Positions 39,500-53,074 of a stretch of 64,000 nucleotides of DNA are shown one piece after another (the stretch's first letter is position 1; the number at the start of each line of letters is the position of its first letter). The notes below the pieces were generated by a model, which saw only the letters and a list, made by a program, of their open reading frames with translations, was not told the DNA's origin and ran no database searches. Made by a program: the position numbers and the translations under genes. Source of the DNA: Eledone cirrhosa (lineage: Eukaryota); the NCBI GenBank assembly GCA_964016885.1, contig OZ024743.1, forward strand, positions 284,146,001-284,210,000, written 5' to 3'.

Positions 39500-41470
39500 C
39501 TGAGAGCAAAGAATAAGTAAATGAAACAAGAAAGAATTCATTAGATATTACAAACTTCAGTTAGTGAAAACTGAGAAAAAAACAAAACAAAACAAAACAA
39601 AAATAAAGCATGCAATGTAGATAGGAAAGACAGAAAATTGAACATACAAAAATTTGAAAGAAGTAAATGAAATGATTGCTATATTGTTAGCATAAATACA
39701 TTGTTAGTATTTTGTTTAAAATGGAATTCTGAGGAATTACATTTCATGAATAACTGCATTCTTTGCTTTGGTCTTAGCTGATTGAGAAGTTAAGCATGTC
39801 ATAATAGTAGTAAACACTAAAATGTTTACTGATTTTGCTAACATTAATATAAATATCTTGAGGCAGTGTTATTACTTATTGTAAATACTCTAAATGCAAT
39901 TTTCTTTAATACTAAAACTCAAATTCACTATTAAAATAGCTGAATATTGGTTTTGTTTGGCTTTAATAAGATTCCTCATAATTTGATGACTGAATAATAC
40001 AAAAGAAAAAGTTTTTTATTCATCTTAAAATGAGTTGTTTTTTTTATCAGTTTTTATCAGTGTTTCATTTACTCTTTCTAGTAAAGAAGAATTCTGACCT
40101 TTCACATTGTGTGAAAAGCAACCTACCTAAGAGAGTGGCTATACTCAAACTAAAATATAGTGTAAAGGACTCTAAATCCTGTGAAGATATCTTCTCTCTA
40201 TGGGAAAAATATATATACTTTATACCCATTGTGACATCCTCTTGCTGCTAATGAAATGAATTAAAACAATCAATTTCGAGAAAGTAAGTATTGGTCGTTT
40301 TTCCTAATCAAATGCATCTGTCATTGGCTGATATCAGAAAAGCATCTCCCAGAACTCTATCTATGCTTTGATTTGCAAGTCAACTAAGCATCTGTCAATA
40401 AGATAGCATTGCTGCTTCTTACTGTGGTAAGTTGCACCTTCATTTTGAAACCTATTTACATAGGAGGATGGAAATGAGCCAGAGAAAGTTAAGAATTGTG
40501 AAACTTTCATTTACTAGGCTGACATCTTGTTTATACTGTTAGCTTCAACAATATAACTTAACTACAAAGGAAGTTAATTCAGAATTTATTATCCTGGGTT
40601 TTAAAATAATTTCATGAGCTGCCGAAGTGTTATTTAGACTTTGCAGCATTAAGTAAATGAGGAAAAAAGCAATTCTTTTGACAGGAAACTGATAAATGTC
40701 TCTCAACAATTTAGTACCTGTCTCTCAGTAAAGCAAAACTGAGGCAAACAGAGTTAAGGGCTTTACCTGACAACATAAGAATGAAATGGCTGACATTTCA
40801 AAGGGTGTATTAAATAGTATATATTGCTAAAACATTATCCACCAATTTCATCATCTATTGTAATTTATAATTTCATCACAGAGGTTTGGACTAGTGAATA
40901 TTCTGCATACTTAATGAATGTCTTCTGTTGCATTCATTTACATTCTTAAACAGAAATATTAATTTAAAGAAATGCGCTTGTGAGAGGCAGAGAGAGAGAG
41001 AGGCTGAGAGAGAGAGAGAGTTTTCTTTATAAGGTTATCCAGAGCATAACCTTGTTCCATGATGCACTGCAGAGAAAGGGTGTCATTATAAACTGTTAAA
41101 AGGCAAAGATCGTGCAAATATTTACATTTGTTCAACCATTCAATCCATTTTAGCTTGCCAAAAAGCAAACGAAATGGAGTATGAAAATAGATACATCCCT
41201 AAATATACACAAAATGTATGTCAACTTTCAATCACCAGCATGCAGTAGCCTACAGATTGATAACGGCTCTTTAAAAAAAATCACTTTTTTAATAACCTCT
41301 GATGTAAGTGAGCTTTAAAATAGGCTATAAGAAGGAACTGACCACATTCCTCCAACTAGCAAATTAAAGAAAAATATAAATGAGGAGCAAATAGTTATTA
41401 GTTGAGATATTATGGTACTAAATAATATGCTTTTTACCATGATAGTATATTATTTTAATAGCCTAATGTG

Positions 41471-41777
41471 AGGGTAAAGACAATGGGATTTGTACCTAGA
41501 AAGTTCTCCTCCAAGGCACAAATGTGGAATAGGTTGTTTGTGGAAGGCCAGCAGTCGCCCATGCATACCAGTCTCCTCTCTTCATGCCACCGATGTTGTC
41601 CAAAGGAAAGGCAATGACCGATATAGCTTGGCACCAGTGACATCGCTACTCATTTCTACAGCTGAGTAAACTGAAGCAACATGAAATAAAGTGTATAGCT
41701 GAAGGGCACAATGCATCACCCAGTCTGGGAATCGAACTCACAATTGCAAGCCCAACGCTCTAACCACTAAGCCATGC
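41471..41777 (-). mobile_element. tRNA-derived CORE-like SINE, second 3'-tail subfamily
   Basis: homologous to 49984-50331. Confidence 0.78.
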
Positions 41778-42275
41778 TCACAAAGATAGCATAGACAATA
41801 ACATGACACATTTCATATAGTTAAAACCCAGTTTATCATAGTGATGTAAATTTGGACTACTTTACTAGTATACTATGGATAAAGGTGGCATATGATGATT
41901 TAAATACTACAATGTTTTTAGAAATTTTATCCATTCTGACAATCATATTTATCTTATAGATTTCTAAATATTGGCAACATAATTTAGAGTTGATAATAAC
42001 CAACTGATGATAATTACTGAATACACTACACATCTTGGTTTGATGAATACAACTATAGGGTAACACAGTTTATCAAATTGACATATCACTTAATAAGGTG
42101 GTATATTATTTATCATGGTGACTAAATGCTGTTTGATTTATCACTGAAAAGTATGGTGTATGAAGTGATATATACTTTATCGAGGTAATATAGAACTGGA
42201 AAAATTATTATATTAATAAGTTGATGAAAGATTTAACAGGATGATACAGAGTTTAAGTAAATAAAATGAGATATC

Positions 42276-42499
42276 ATAATGGTTTCTGATTGAGGCACAA
42301 GGTCAACAATTTTTGGGGAGGGGAAAGTCGATTAAATTGACCCCAGTGCGTTACTGGTACTTTATTTTATTGATCTCGTAAAGATGAAAGTCAAATCTAA
42401 CCTTGGTGGGATTTGAACTCAGAACGCAAAGGGACGTAACTCTATGCCGCAGAGCATATCGTCCGGCGCTCTACCAATACTGCCATTCCACCGCCCTTC
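42276..42499 (-). mobile_element. Distinct tRNA-derived SINE (tggcagtattggtagagc head; ttcatc...gataaaataaagtaccag centre)
   Basis: A/B boxes; homologous to 55979-56437. Confidence 0.8.
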
Positions 42500-44427
42500 A
42501 GATAAGATATTATGATTAAGAGGAAATATTCTGTTAAAAGTGCAGGAGAGTTATTGTCATTATCATCAGCATCATATAATGTTCACTTTCCTTGCTAACA
42601 AGGGTTGGATGGGTCTTCACAGACCTAATCAGTAGTGAAACGGGACTACTGACCTCATGATATAAAAACCTGTTGGGTGAAATAAAATATAAACAAAAAA
42701 TTCAAACAACTCAACAGCAAATACCATGACACCAATGCAACATATACAAGTTTCAAAAACTAAAGTTCAATTCTTAAGAAGTAAAAATAAATATCTAAAA
42801 CAACAATAACAAATAAAAAGAAATAATATATAAGATCATACAAAAATCCTGTGGAAAATCAATAGCATTATCAACACCTATTTTCCAAATTTATATTAAA
42901 AATAAAAAAAAATTAAATCAGTAAATAAAGATAATTGAGAAATAAATAGGTAAAAGGATAAATAATTGGTAGAGAAAATAAAACAAGTAAAAACATTTAT
43001 CAGGGAAATAATTTTGAAATGTTGAAAAATATTACTTAGCTGATAAAAGATCAAAATTAAGAAGAAATTATATTATATTATATGTTTTATATATATATAT
43101 ATATAATATATATATACATATACATACATATATATATATACACATAAACATACATATATACATATGCACATATATTTTTACACACACACACATCATCACA
43201 TCATCATCATCATCTTTGTTTAACGTCTATCTTCCACGCTAGCATGGGTTAGACTACACACATATGTATATATATATAACACGTATACATATATATATAT
43301 ACACATACATGCACACATACATGTATGCATCTTTGCACGTTATGAACTAAATTTAAAATAAATGTCTAAACCGAAGTGATTTGTTGAAACTAAATTTATA
43401 AAAATGTTCCGAAGGTGATAAATTTGTATCATAACAAACACCATAACAAAAAAGACACAACAACAACAACAAAAGTACGTAACATTGATAGAAAATAACA
43501 CTATGGGAAATATCTTCTCCAATTGCAGCTGCAAACAGTAGATCAGAAAATATAATTTCAAATATCAAATATCATTGCTTTCTCTTGTATATTCTTCCTC
43601 TTTTTTTTTTGTTATTAATGGAAATTTTCAATTTTAAAACAAGTAGAAAATAAAAATAGACGAAAAAAAAAGATAATCCTAACTATTCTTTGAAATATTT
43701 AAAAAGAAAAGCTAAATACTGATTTATTATCTAGTTTCTATGATGTAACTGAAGAAGACAAAGTACAAAACAATTTTTCATTAATTAATGTTGCTGTAAC
43801 TGAGTGAGGAGCACAAAATTGAAAAGGCTTAAGATCAATGAGAATAGCACTCATGCTGTGAAAGCAAGCAAAATTTTACTGTAAGTCTTTGGAGAAGACA
43901 CAACAGATTGAGCAAGATTCAAACAAACATTTTGTTTTGTATTGGTCTTCAGCAGTCTTAAAAACACTGTATGTGGTATTCAATCTTTGTATTGTGAGTA
44001 GAGCTGCATTCCTTCAAGAATAGGAACAGTTTTATATTTGTGATAAGAAATATTTTTGAATTTAAGTAAAGACAAAAAAAAGAACAAGAACAAAATCAAC
44101 AACAAAATAACCCCGAAATTAAAAACTAAAAAGTAAAAGAAAGCAATAATAACAATAACAAATTAGGTATAACATTAAATTAATTTGAATACAATTGACA
44201 TAGAAACTTCATGCAACTATGATGCCATTTCCTCAGAAAGGAAAGATACATATAAGAAACACTATGGACTTGAAGTTTGAAAGTGGATTAAAATTCTAAA
44301 GGAATATACTTTAGATGCTGGTAATAGAAATGAAGAACTTGAAGCAGTTAGTTATTTAGGTAGATAGACAGCTACATAGATAGATAGATTAGATAGAATG
44401 ATGGATAGAAGAGTCAAGGATACTTAC

Positions 44428-44511
44428 ATTCACTTCTGTATAAATGATATCAATGAAACTTCCTAAAACAATGATGAAATCAAAAACGTTCCAAGCATCA
44501 CCAAAATAGTT
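44428..44511 (-). CDS. Cav1: Cav1 exon, IVS3 ([28 protein letters not shown])
   Basis: 84-nt phase-0 exon, ttccccag / gtaagt; YF.D.WN.FD motif. Confidence 0.95.
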
Positions 44512-46192
44512 CTGGGGAAAAAAAGAGGGAATTTCAAATTAAAACAAAAAGTTACATGAGAACAAAAAATAAATTTTAAGTAAAAATATGAATCATGATT
44601 TTAGGACACCATACAACAGTAATAAGTGTTTCAAGACCACATTCTCTGCAAAAGCAGGGGTTAGCTATGTGGGCCCCATGAAAAGATTCTCTATTTTCCC
44701 CTATTATCTACATCCTTCTCCTATCATTTTTAACCATACCTTTCTTGGGTTTACTTTTCCTCTACTTCCTACTACATTCATTTCTATCACTTCTCTCTTC
44801 CTCTATCACTTTCATCCTTTCTCAAATCATGACCCAAATATCTCATTCCATTTCTCTTCACAACATTCATCACTGGTTCTATTCCTATCATCCTCTGCAT
44901 CATCATCGTTTAATGTCTATCTTCCATGCTAGCATGGGATAGTCTGCAATTTATTGTTTGTCTTACTCCACTCATTCACTTAACCATTCTCATTTCCATT
45001 CTTTCCAGCCTTCTCTGTTGCTCCATGTTCATCACAAATGGCTTTCTCCCATAAAGCATGACACTTTTTACACATGCACCTTTCTTTTCTGTTTCAGTGA
45101 CACCCTTATCCTCATTAGCATACCACTCAGTTCCCAGAACTTCTTCCATGCACATCTCACTCTAGACTTACAGAGTCCAATCCACTCTCTCAGTTGACAT
45201 TTCTGCAAGGTAACAAAATGTTTTCACAGCTTCCATCTTTACATCATCCCAAGTGTATCCAGTTTAAAATAGGTAAATCATATTTCTTGTGTCATATAAA
45301 ATGACTAGAAGAGTTGGCACCAGGAAGGGCATCTGTCCTTAAAACAATGCCTCGAAAAGGACCTCATGACAATTTTAAGATACAATGGAAATTTTACTAA
45401 GTTTCTTTTTATTGCTTATAAATTAAAATAATACCCATACATAGGGAAAAGAAAAATATAATTATTCATAATAATTAATTCCTGTCAAAAAAGCAGTGGT
45501 GAGAACACATATATTTAAATAAAGTAAAATTAATTAAAGACAGAATGTGAGCAGGAAATAGGAAGTGTTCTAATCATTGTTAGTATGGTGACAACTTCAG
45601 TAGAGTTTCAGTCTGACTAGATACCAGATCTTAGATGACCAAAAGATATATGGACTTTTGGTGATTAAACACTGATAGGTCTTGTTGGTTAGCTCTGGTT
45701 AAATAGATTTATGACATTAAAATTACTGATCAAACATTTGGAAGTGACTATATGTCATATATATGTTGTTTCAGTTTGTTCTGGTACTATATTTTAACAT
45801 CTTTGATACAACAGTTGTCATTGTTTAGTCACAGATCATCCTTAAACAAGCAGATATATGATCAAAGACATTTTAGCCAAGACCAATCTGTATTTTCTTC
45901 TGACATAGTGTATCTTGGACTACATTATCTAATATATATATATATATCAACAGCAGTGCCCCAGCATAGCTTCAGCTATGGCTGGAGCAAGTAATACAGT
46001 AATATATATAATATATATATATTTTTAAAGATGTTAAGGTGTGATCTGAGGAATATTAGGCTGCTTCACTTTTAATTCATATAACAGTTATAGTGTTGTG
46101 TGAGTGTCAAGGCATGTTTGCATACCTGCTAATTACCATAGTGAACTTTACTTTTTTCAAGGTATTTATTTACATTTAAGAGGAAAAAGGTA

Positions 46193-48814
46193 CCGTATAT
46201 ACTCGCATACCCACTTTTCATTTAACAAATAGGCTATTTGCCATTGACTCGCAGATAGGTTGCACTGAAATTTGGGCCGTCAAACTACTATTTTTTATGA
46301 TAATTGAAACTAATAATCTGTTAGCTTTCCATTACTTCGCCGTTGCGACATATACTCCAAACCATGTTTTATTTATAAAATAAACATTAACGTCATCGAA
46401 ATCTCGTCAATTCGAGATTACTGCGAGATAAAGCCTTTAAGCGCAAAAATTAACTCTTAATATAGTGAAACAACTTGAAATAATGCGTGTTTTTTAACGT
46501 TGAAAGTATAACAGATTTTTTGCGTATCAACATGGCTTCCCAAAGTAGCGAATACCGACTTTGAAGGCTTTACATGCGATGACATTCGAAATAAAAAAGA
46601 AACAAGATAATATTAGTGATTTATCTTCAAATGAATCAGACGTATTTATTTCTGACGATGATAGTTACTTTGAAAGTGAAAGCGAAGATCTGACGGACAC
46701 CATTGAAAATATTACAGCAACGTGGTTGAAAGATACAACACCAATACATGTTCACACCTGTTAATGAACTTATATATTTGGGAACATTCTGTTACGTAAA
46801 TTTACACAATACATTGTGTAAGAGTACATTGCAAATATTATTTTGACTGGTGAAAGGTTTTATACATTTTTTTCAATGAAAATATTTGCCTTGAATGTAG
46901 AGAAAGACTAAAACCTTCTACTGATTATATCTGCATTTTTAATTAATTCACCTGTTCAGAAAACTGCTAGAATTGATGGAAGTCAGCATCTAGGTCATTA
47001 TTGAATTTTTTTGCAACAAATCTAACAGGTAAGGCAGATAAAGTTTAAATTTTTGTGTTTATCCATAAAGTTATTACTTTTACACCTATTAATTAATAGT
47101 TTTTTTTCATTTCTTCATCTGTAACTGTGCATTCGTTATAATAGTCATTCAATTCATCTTCAAATTCTTCAATATCATCTCTCTCATCACACTCTGCATT
47201 TTCTGTCTTTTCACCAACTAAATCCTCATATAACACATCATCTTCAGTCCCGTCCATAGCATTTGATATGCCACATGTTTTGAAAGTCTTCATTATTAGC
47301 TCTTCAGGGATACTTTCCCAAGCCTCCTTCACCCACTCCACCACTAATCTCAAGCCAGGTCTTTTCAATGATCCACCTTTGGTAATTTCTTTTTCACCTG
47401 ATATCAGTCCAGAGTTTACGGATATAAGTCTTGAAGGGCTTATTTACTGCCACATCAAGGGGTTGTAAGACTGAGGTGCAACCACCAGGAATCACTGCTT
47501 GTCTTGTTTTACAATCCTTCAGCTTAGCCTTTACAGACTCACAGCAGTGAGATCGAAACATATCCCAAACTAGCAAACTTTGTGGCTTCAGTAATGCCCC
47601 TGGCCTTTTCATCCACACTTCATCAAGCCATAACTTTGTTAAGTTCTCGTCCATCCAGCCTTTCGGATGTACCTTCACAATCACATCGCTTGGAAAATTC
47701 TCTTTCAGCATATTTTTCCTTTTGAAAATAACCATAGGGCGAAGTGTTTTTCATGACCTGTGGTTTTGACTGTAACAGTTTTGTTACCTACACTATCCAC
47801 AGTTGTGTTGCCTGGCATGTCAAAGTACATGGGTGTTTCATCCATGTTGGCTATATTCTCCATGGGAAAATCAAACATTTTTCTTTCCTTTAACACAAAT
47901 TTTACAAAATTGTGTACTTTGTCATCAATATCTTTTGGCAGCTTTTGTGCAATATGTGTCTTTTGGCAAAGAGTCAGTCCAAACCTATTCATAAACCTGG
48001 TGCACCACCCTGCTGACGATTTAAATTGGGATAAGTGGTACTTTGGTGCAAGTTGAAGGGCTTTCGTTTTTATAGAAAGTCTTGTAACCATGTGTCCATT
48101 TTCCCTGATATCTAAAACCCAATCATTTAGCTCTTTTTCAAGATCTTGATATGGTGATACTCCAAACCTTGCTGCTCTCTTTGATTTAGGCATTTCTCCC
48201 AGCTTATCTTTTTGTTCCCTCCAACCTCTCACCACCTTTTCTGACACTCCAAACTCCCTTTCTGCTGATCTATTTCCAAATTCTTCTGCATAACCAACCA
48301 CCTTTAACTTGAAAACTGTTTGATAACTTTTTCTCTTATCGGAATTCATATTTCTCAGTGAATTATAAAAAAAATTTCAACTATCAAATTTTCTCTCTTG
48401 CTAATTTTGAAAAGAAATGCCACATGCAATAATCTGTTTCCTGTTAAAGTAAATACGTCACAATACGTGTTCATAGCAACGCTAAGACAATGAAATCACA
48501 TTTTAAATACCGAGTATGCATTTCTATGGATTTTAATGGCAGATGGTTCGGTCAGATAGAAAAAAACGTAAACACTACGAAGTTTTAGTAAAAAATTTAA
48601 AATCAAGAAATATATGTATAAGAAGGTAGATATATGAAATTATTATGTTAAATAATAAAAAAAATATTAACAAAGTTATTTTTATAAATACCCATTGTTG
48701 ATTAAGTCTATGAAAAATCATTGGTTAGTCTGATGTCAATCGGATAGGTCGCACCCAAAAAATTTATACTTATTTATCGTTAAAAAAGTGCGACCTATAC
48801 GCGAGTATATACGG
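46193..48814 (-). mobile_element. pogo-superfamily (Passer/POGK-like, DD35D) DNA transposon with TIRs and TA target duplication
   Basis: TA|CCGTATATACTCGC ... GCGAGTATATACGG|TA; transposase inside. Confidence 0.92.
47093..48349 (-). pseudogene. Frameshifted pogo transposase (Brinker-like DBD, CENP-B HTH, DDE_1)
   Basis: NMDETPMYF, LVWD-x35-D(VAVNKPFK), GWCTRFMNR; split across three ORFs. Confidence 0.9.
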
Positions 48815-49409
48815 TAATTAATAATTAAATGTATTTATCTAGTGAATTTATCTATATGAATTGGAGACTCTTCTATTGACAGGCTAACAATTGAATGATT
48901 CAAATAGTGGTTATATCTGTGATACTCTACTTACTAAACAACTTCATAATCTATAAACATGTTTGATCAAGCTCTAGGTGATATTCTTGAGCTACATTAA
49001 ACTATTGTTTATTTTTAGAAATCTCTTTGTGCTGAATAAGTAGTTTTAATAAGAAATTTGAAAACTACATCATAGCCATTTATAGTGCTTGTGTGTGTGT
49101 AAGATCTGTATTTACCACTCATTGTTAAAGGGTCAGTCCACCTCATGATCCCATTGAACAGGATGGAGAAGATATTGCCTCAGAGGATGGCGAGGGAGAT
49201 GTGTGGAACAGCCACTCCACCTTATGTGTAGCCAACTCCACTCCAATAGCAGTGAGTAAAGATGTGGTCTGAAGTTTCGACTACCATAGAATATGGATAA
49301 ATGAGACAGTTTCTCAATTTACTCACTTCGTTACCAATATAAATTTGATATTTGATTCATAATCAAAAGAAATTGACTACAAGAAGTCAATGATCCATGA
49401 ATTGTTTAC

Positions 49410-49520
49410 CTTAAATCTAAAAGCAGCCAACTTGAGCATAAATTCCACAGTAAAGAGACCAGTGAAGATCATATTAAGATAGTCCAGCACATTTGAGTAA
49501 CCTTCGTTCTCACCATCATA
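49410..49520 (-). CDS. Cav1: Cav1 exon, IVS2 (YDGENEGYSNVLDYLNMIFTGLFTVEFMLKLAAFRFK)
   Basis: 111-nt phase-0 exon, ttgcag / gtaaa. Confidence 0.95.
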
Positions 49521-49983
49521 CTGCAATTAGAAAAGCAATTTATAAATTGTATAAACAAACAATATTTCAAGTTTTGTGTAGTTTAAGATAATGTTGTTTA
49601 CTTAAAGTACTGTTTAATATAACTAAAAAGAAAAGCAAAGAAAAACATCACAATGCAGAATAAATATATTTATTCAGCATTTTTGTTTTTACTATCTGTA
49701 AATGTGAAATGAAAACGTTTTCATTATAGAGAAATACATCTGACAGGTTTTAAAATGAAAGTTGTGCACTCTTTACAAGTATGGCTTATATTCAAATTTA
49801 TTTTGACAAACATAGAAATGAGTAGATGTATATTATATTGAAGGCAATTTGAGTCACGTTAGAAGAAAAAATGTTGTTATTTGTTGTAATTCTGCAAAAA
49901 TCTAATTCATTTATCTGTAGCCTTCAGTCTAAGAATACAGATCTAATTAAGGCAATTAATACTGATTATAAAAAGACAAATAA

Positions 49984-50331
49984 AGGTGCATGGCTTAGTG
50001 GGTAGAGCGTTGTTAGGCTTGCAATTGTGAAATTGTGAGTTTGATTCCCAGACTGGGTGATACTTTGTGTCCTTGAGCAAGACACTTTATTTCACATGGC
50101 TTCAGTTTACTCAGCAGTAGAAATGGGTTGTGCTGCCACTGGTGCCAAGCTATATCACCAATTATTTGACAACATTATTGGCATGGAGAGGGGAGACTGG
50201 TATGCATGGGTGACTGCTGGTCTTCCACAAACAACCTTGCCCAGACTTGTGCCTTGGAGGGGAACTTTCTAGGTGCAAATCCCATGGTCATTAATGACTG
50301 ATGGGGTTCTTTCCCCTTTTACCCTAAAAAG
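49984..50331 (+). mobile_element. tRNA-derived CORE-like SINE (subfamily of 41471-41777)
   Basis: head, centre and tail match. Confidence 0.78.
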
Positions 50332-50392
50332 ACAAGTAAAAATATATTTTAATGGAAAAAAGAGAAAAAAAAAAACATTTAAAACAGTTTAC

Positions 50393-50551
50393 CTTCATTG
50401 CAAGTGTGATTGTATTTATCATAATAAGAGCAAATACTGCGTATTCAAATGGTTGTGATGTAACAAACCACCATACTTTATACTGCCAACGAGCTTTTGG
50501 GATGTACCGTCGTGCAGGTTTAACTTTTAAAGCAAATTCAATACATTTTCT
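50393..50551 (-). CDS. Cav1: Cav1 exon, III-IV linker and IVS1 ([19 protein letters not shown]...[19 protein letters not shown])
   Basis: 159-nt phase-0 exon, ttccag / gtaaa. Confidence 0.95.
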
Positions 50552-51015
50552 CTGGAAAGAAAATAAATAAAAGATAAATAATTAAAAATTTGAAAGAATA
50601 ATGAATGTGAAATAAATTCCTTCCAATATCTAGGATTTTCCCTAGAATTAGTTGATGGTTTTTGGTACCTTGGAAGTGAACATTTGGAACATTGGAAGTG
50701 AACATTCCAAAATGATAGTATTCAGAGTAAGAACAGGGTGGATAAAGTCCTGAAATTATTTTTTCTGTTAACAACAAAAGGTCTCTCTATCTGAATGAAG
50801 AGCAGACTTGAACAAAATGCAATATTGCATGGTACATGAATGCTGAGGATATATGATGACTGAAAAGAAATGAAATGGGCATGCTTTGCTGGATGTGAAA
50901 TTTCAGCATGCATGAATGATCCAGCAAAATTATGCCACAAGAAAAACTGGGAATCAAAGGTATCCATTGTAGTGTACAAAAGTGAAAATTACAATGGTAT
51001 GGACACGTGAGGTTT

Positions 51016-52736
51016 CATCATCATCATCATCACCGTTTTACGTCCGTTCTTCCACGCTAGCATGGGTTAGACGGGTTGTCCTGTTGTGGGCAGTGTCTGG
51101 TCGGCTGACCATGCCTTGCTCATACAGGAACTGATCTGGCTTGATTTCTACAGCTGGATGCCCTTCCTAACACCAACCTCATTTACAGTGAGTGCTGGGT
51201 GCTTTTTCGTGGCGCCTACACGTCCACTTTACAGTGTGGGCTGGGTGCTTTTTTGCCGTGGCACCTCCACGGCCACCTTGCGGTGGGGGGGGGGGGGCAT
51301 ATTGTTTATATGCTTCAGCATGTACCCATGGGAGGTCGGGTACCCTGTATTACTGCGTGACGCCAGAAGTCAAGGTCGTGTGTCATTGACTTTGAGAGGT
51401 GTAGTTGGGTAAGGTCGGCTTTTATCACCTCATCCCAAGTCATCTTGGGTCTCCCCACTCCGCGGTTTCCATCAACTTCTAGTGCTCTGCACCTTTTTAT
51501 GCAGCTGTCATCCTTCATACGCATCACATGTCCATACCAGCGTAACCGCCTCTCCTGCACACAGCATTTGATTCCTCTTATGCTCAGTCTCTCTCTCAAT
51601 TCTTTTATGCTTTGTCGTTCACGTATATTACTGTTACACATCCATCGGAGCATGCAGGCTTCGTTTCTCTCTAATCTACGTAAGTCTTCCACCTTCAGCG
51701 CCCAGGTCTCACTACCATGCAACATCGCTGTTCGGATACACGCATCATACAGTCTGCCTTTCATTCTGAGGGAGAAGCCTTTTGCAGCTAGCAGTGGTAG
51801 TAGTTCCCTAAACTTCTTCCATCCCGTTCTTACCCTAGTTATTGTACTTTCTGAGCACCCACCTCCGTTGCTAATTCGGTCACCTAGGTAGCAGAAGCTG
51901 TCTACTGTTTCTACAGGGCCCTCCCAGAGATTGGTGGTACTTGTTTCCTGTGGCTGTTTGCTTGCTGTTTCAGCACAGCTGCTGCATGTGAATCCTACAT
52001 TCTTAATTAAGCTTCCTGAGATCCCGCTACATCTCTTGTGTACCCATTGTTTGCATTTGGGGCAGAGAATGGAGTTCCTACCTACACCTTTCCTACATAC
52101 TGAGCAAGGCCATTTCCCTGAGGGGATCTGGGTTCTGTTTTCTCGTCTACTTACAAGGACCTTAGTCTTTGTCATGTTGACTTTGAGGCCCTTCCTCTCT
52201 AGTCCCTGCTTCCAGGTTTGGAATTTATTCTCTAGTTCTACCATAGATTCAGCTATGAGTGCGAGGTCATCAGCATACAGGAGTTCCCATGGGCATCCGG
52301 TCTTAAACTCCTCCGTTATTGCCTGCAGGACTATGATGAACAGGAGAGGGCTAAGAACAGAGCCCTGGTGGACCCCAACCTGTACGCTAAATTCCTCGCT
52401 ATACTCATTGCCAATCCTAACTTTGCTGACTGCTCCCCTATACATGGCTTGTACCGCTTTCACAAGCCATTCATCTACTCCTAGTTTTCTAAGAGCCCAC
52501 CAGATTACTGCACGTGGAACTCTGTCAAAGGCTTTCTCAAGGTCGACAAATGCCAAGTAGAGTGGCTTACTTTTAGCTAGGTACTTTTCCTGTAATTGCC
52601 TCACAAGGAAGAGGGCATCAGTGGTGCCTTTCCCTGGTACAAACCCAAATTGCATCTCGTCTATATTCACCCGGTCCCTAATCAGCTGTGCTATAACTCT
52701 TTCTGTTACTTTCATGACCTGGTCCATCAACTTTAT
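51016..52736 (-). mobile_element. Young 5'-truncated RTE family B LINE in a Cav1 intron, in sense orientation
   Basis: uninterrupted 471-aa ORF 51315-52730; (GAT)n tail; possible short gttt duplication on both sides. Confidence 0.95.
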
Positions 52737-52872
52737 GTTTATTGTAACTAAATCTGTGGAATTATCCTAAGAATTTGAATTTACTATCTCCATGATATAA
52801 GCATTCTTAGGTAGAAATGATTTGGAAGGTGGAAATTGGTCAAAAAGGTCAAAAACCATTTAAACAACATAC

Positions 52873-53074
52873 CTGATTTTTATCAAGTTCACAATTTTTG
52901 TATTCTTGCTCTCCCTCGTTCTGGAATGTGACGATCACAAAACCAACGAAGATGTTAACCATAAAGAATGCAATGACGATGATGTATACGAAATAGAAAA
53001 TGGCTACTACTGGACGATTGTCATAAACTGGGCCCATACCTTCTGAATGGGAGTCAATTGAAATGTACAAAAGG
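52873..53074 (-). CDS. Cav1: Cav1 exon, IIIS6 and start of III-IV linker (LLYISIDS...[32 protein letters not shown])
   Basis: 202-nt exon, tttcag / gtatgt; VGFVIVTFQ...CELDKNQ is diagnostic of Cav1. Confidence 0.96.

Noticed and set aside
40413-40441. Exon-like 29-nt segment with gtaaga donor on the minus strand
   Set aside because: Acceptor lacks a pyrimidine tract and the segment is not frame-preserving
44512-49409. A second mutually exclusive IVS3 exon like vertebrate exons 31/32
   Set aside because: No second WNxFD-type exon seen by eye here or downstream; a tBLASTn search would be needed to exclude it
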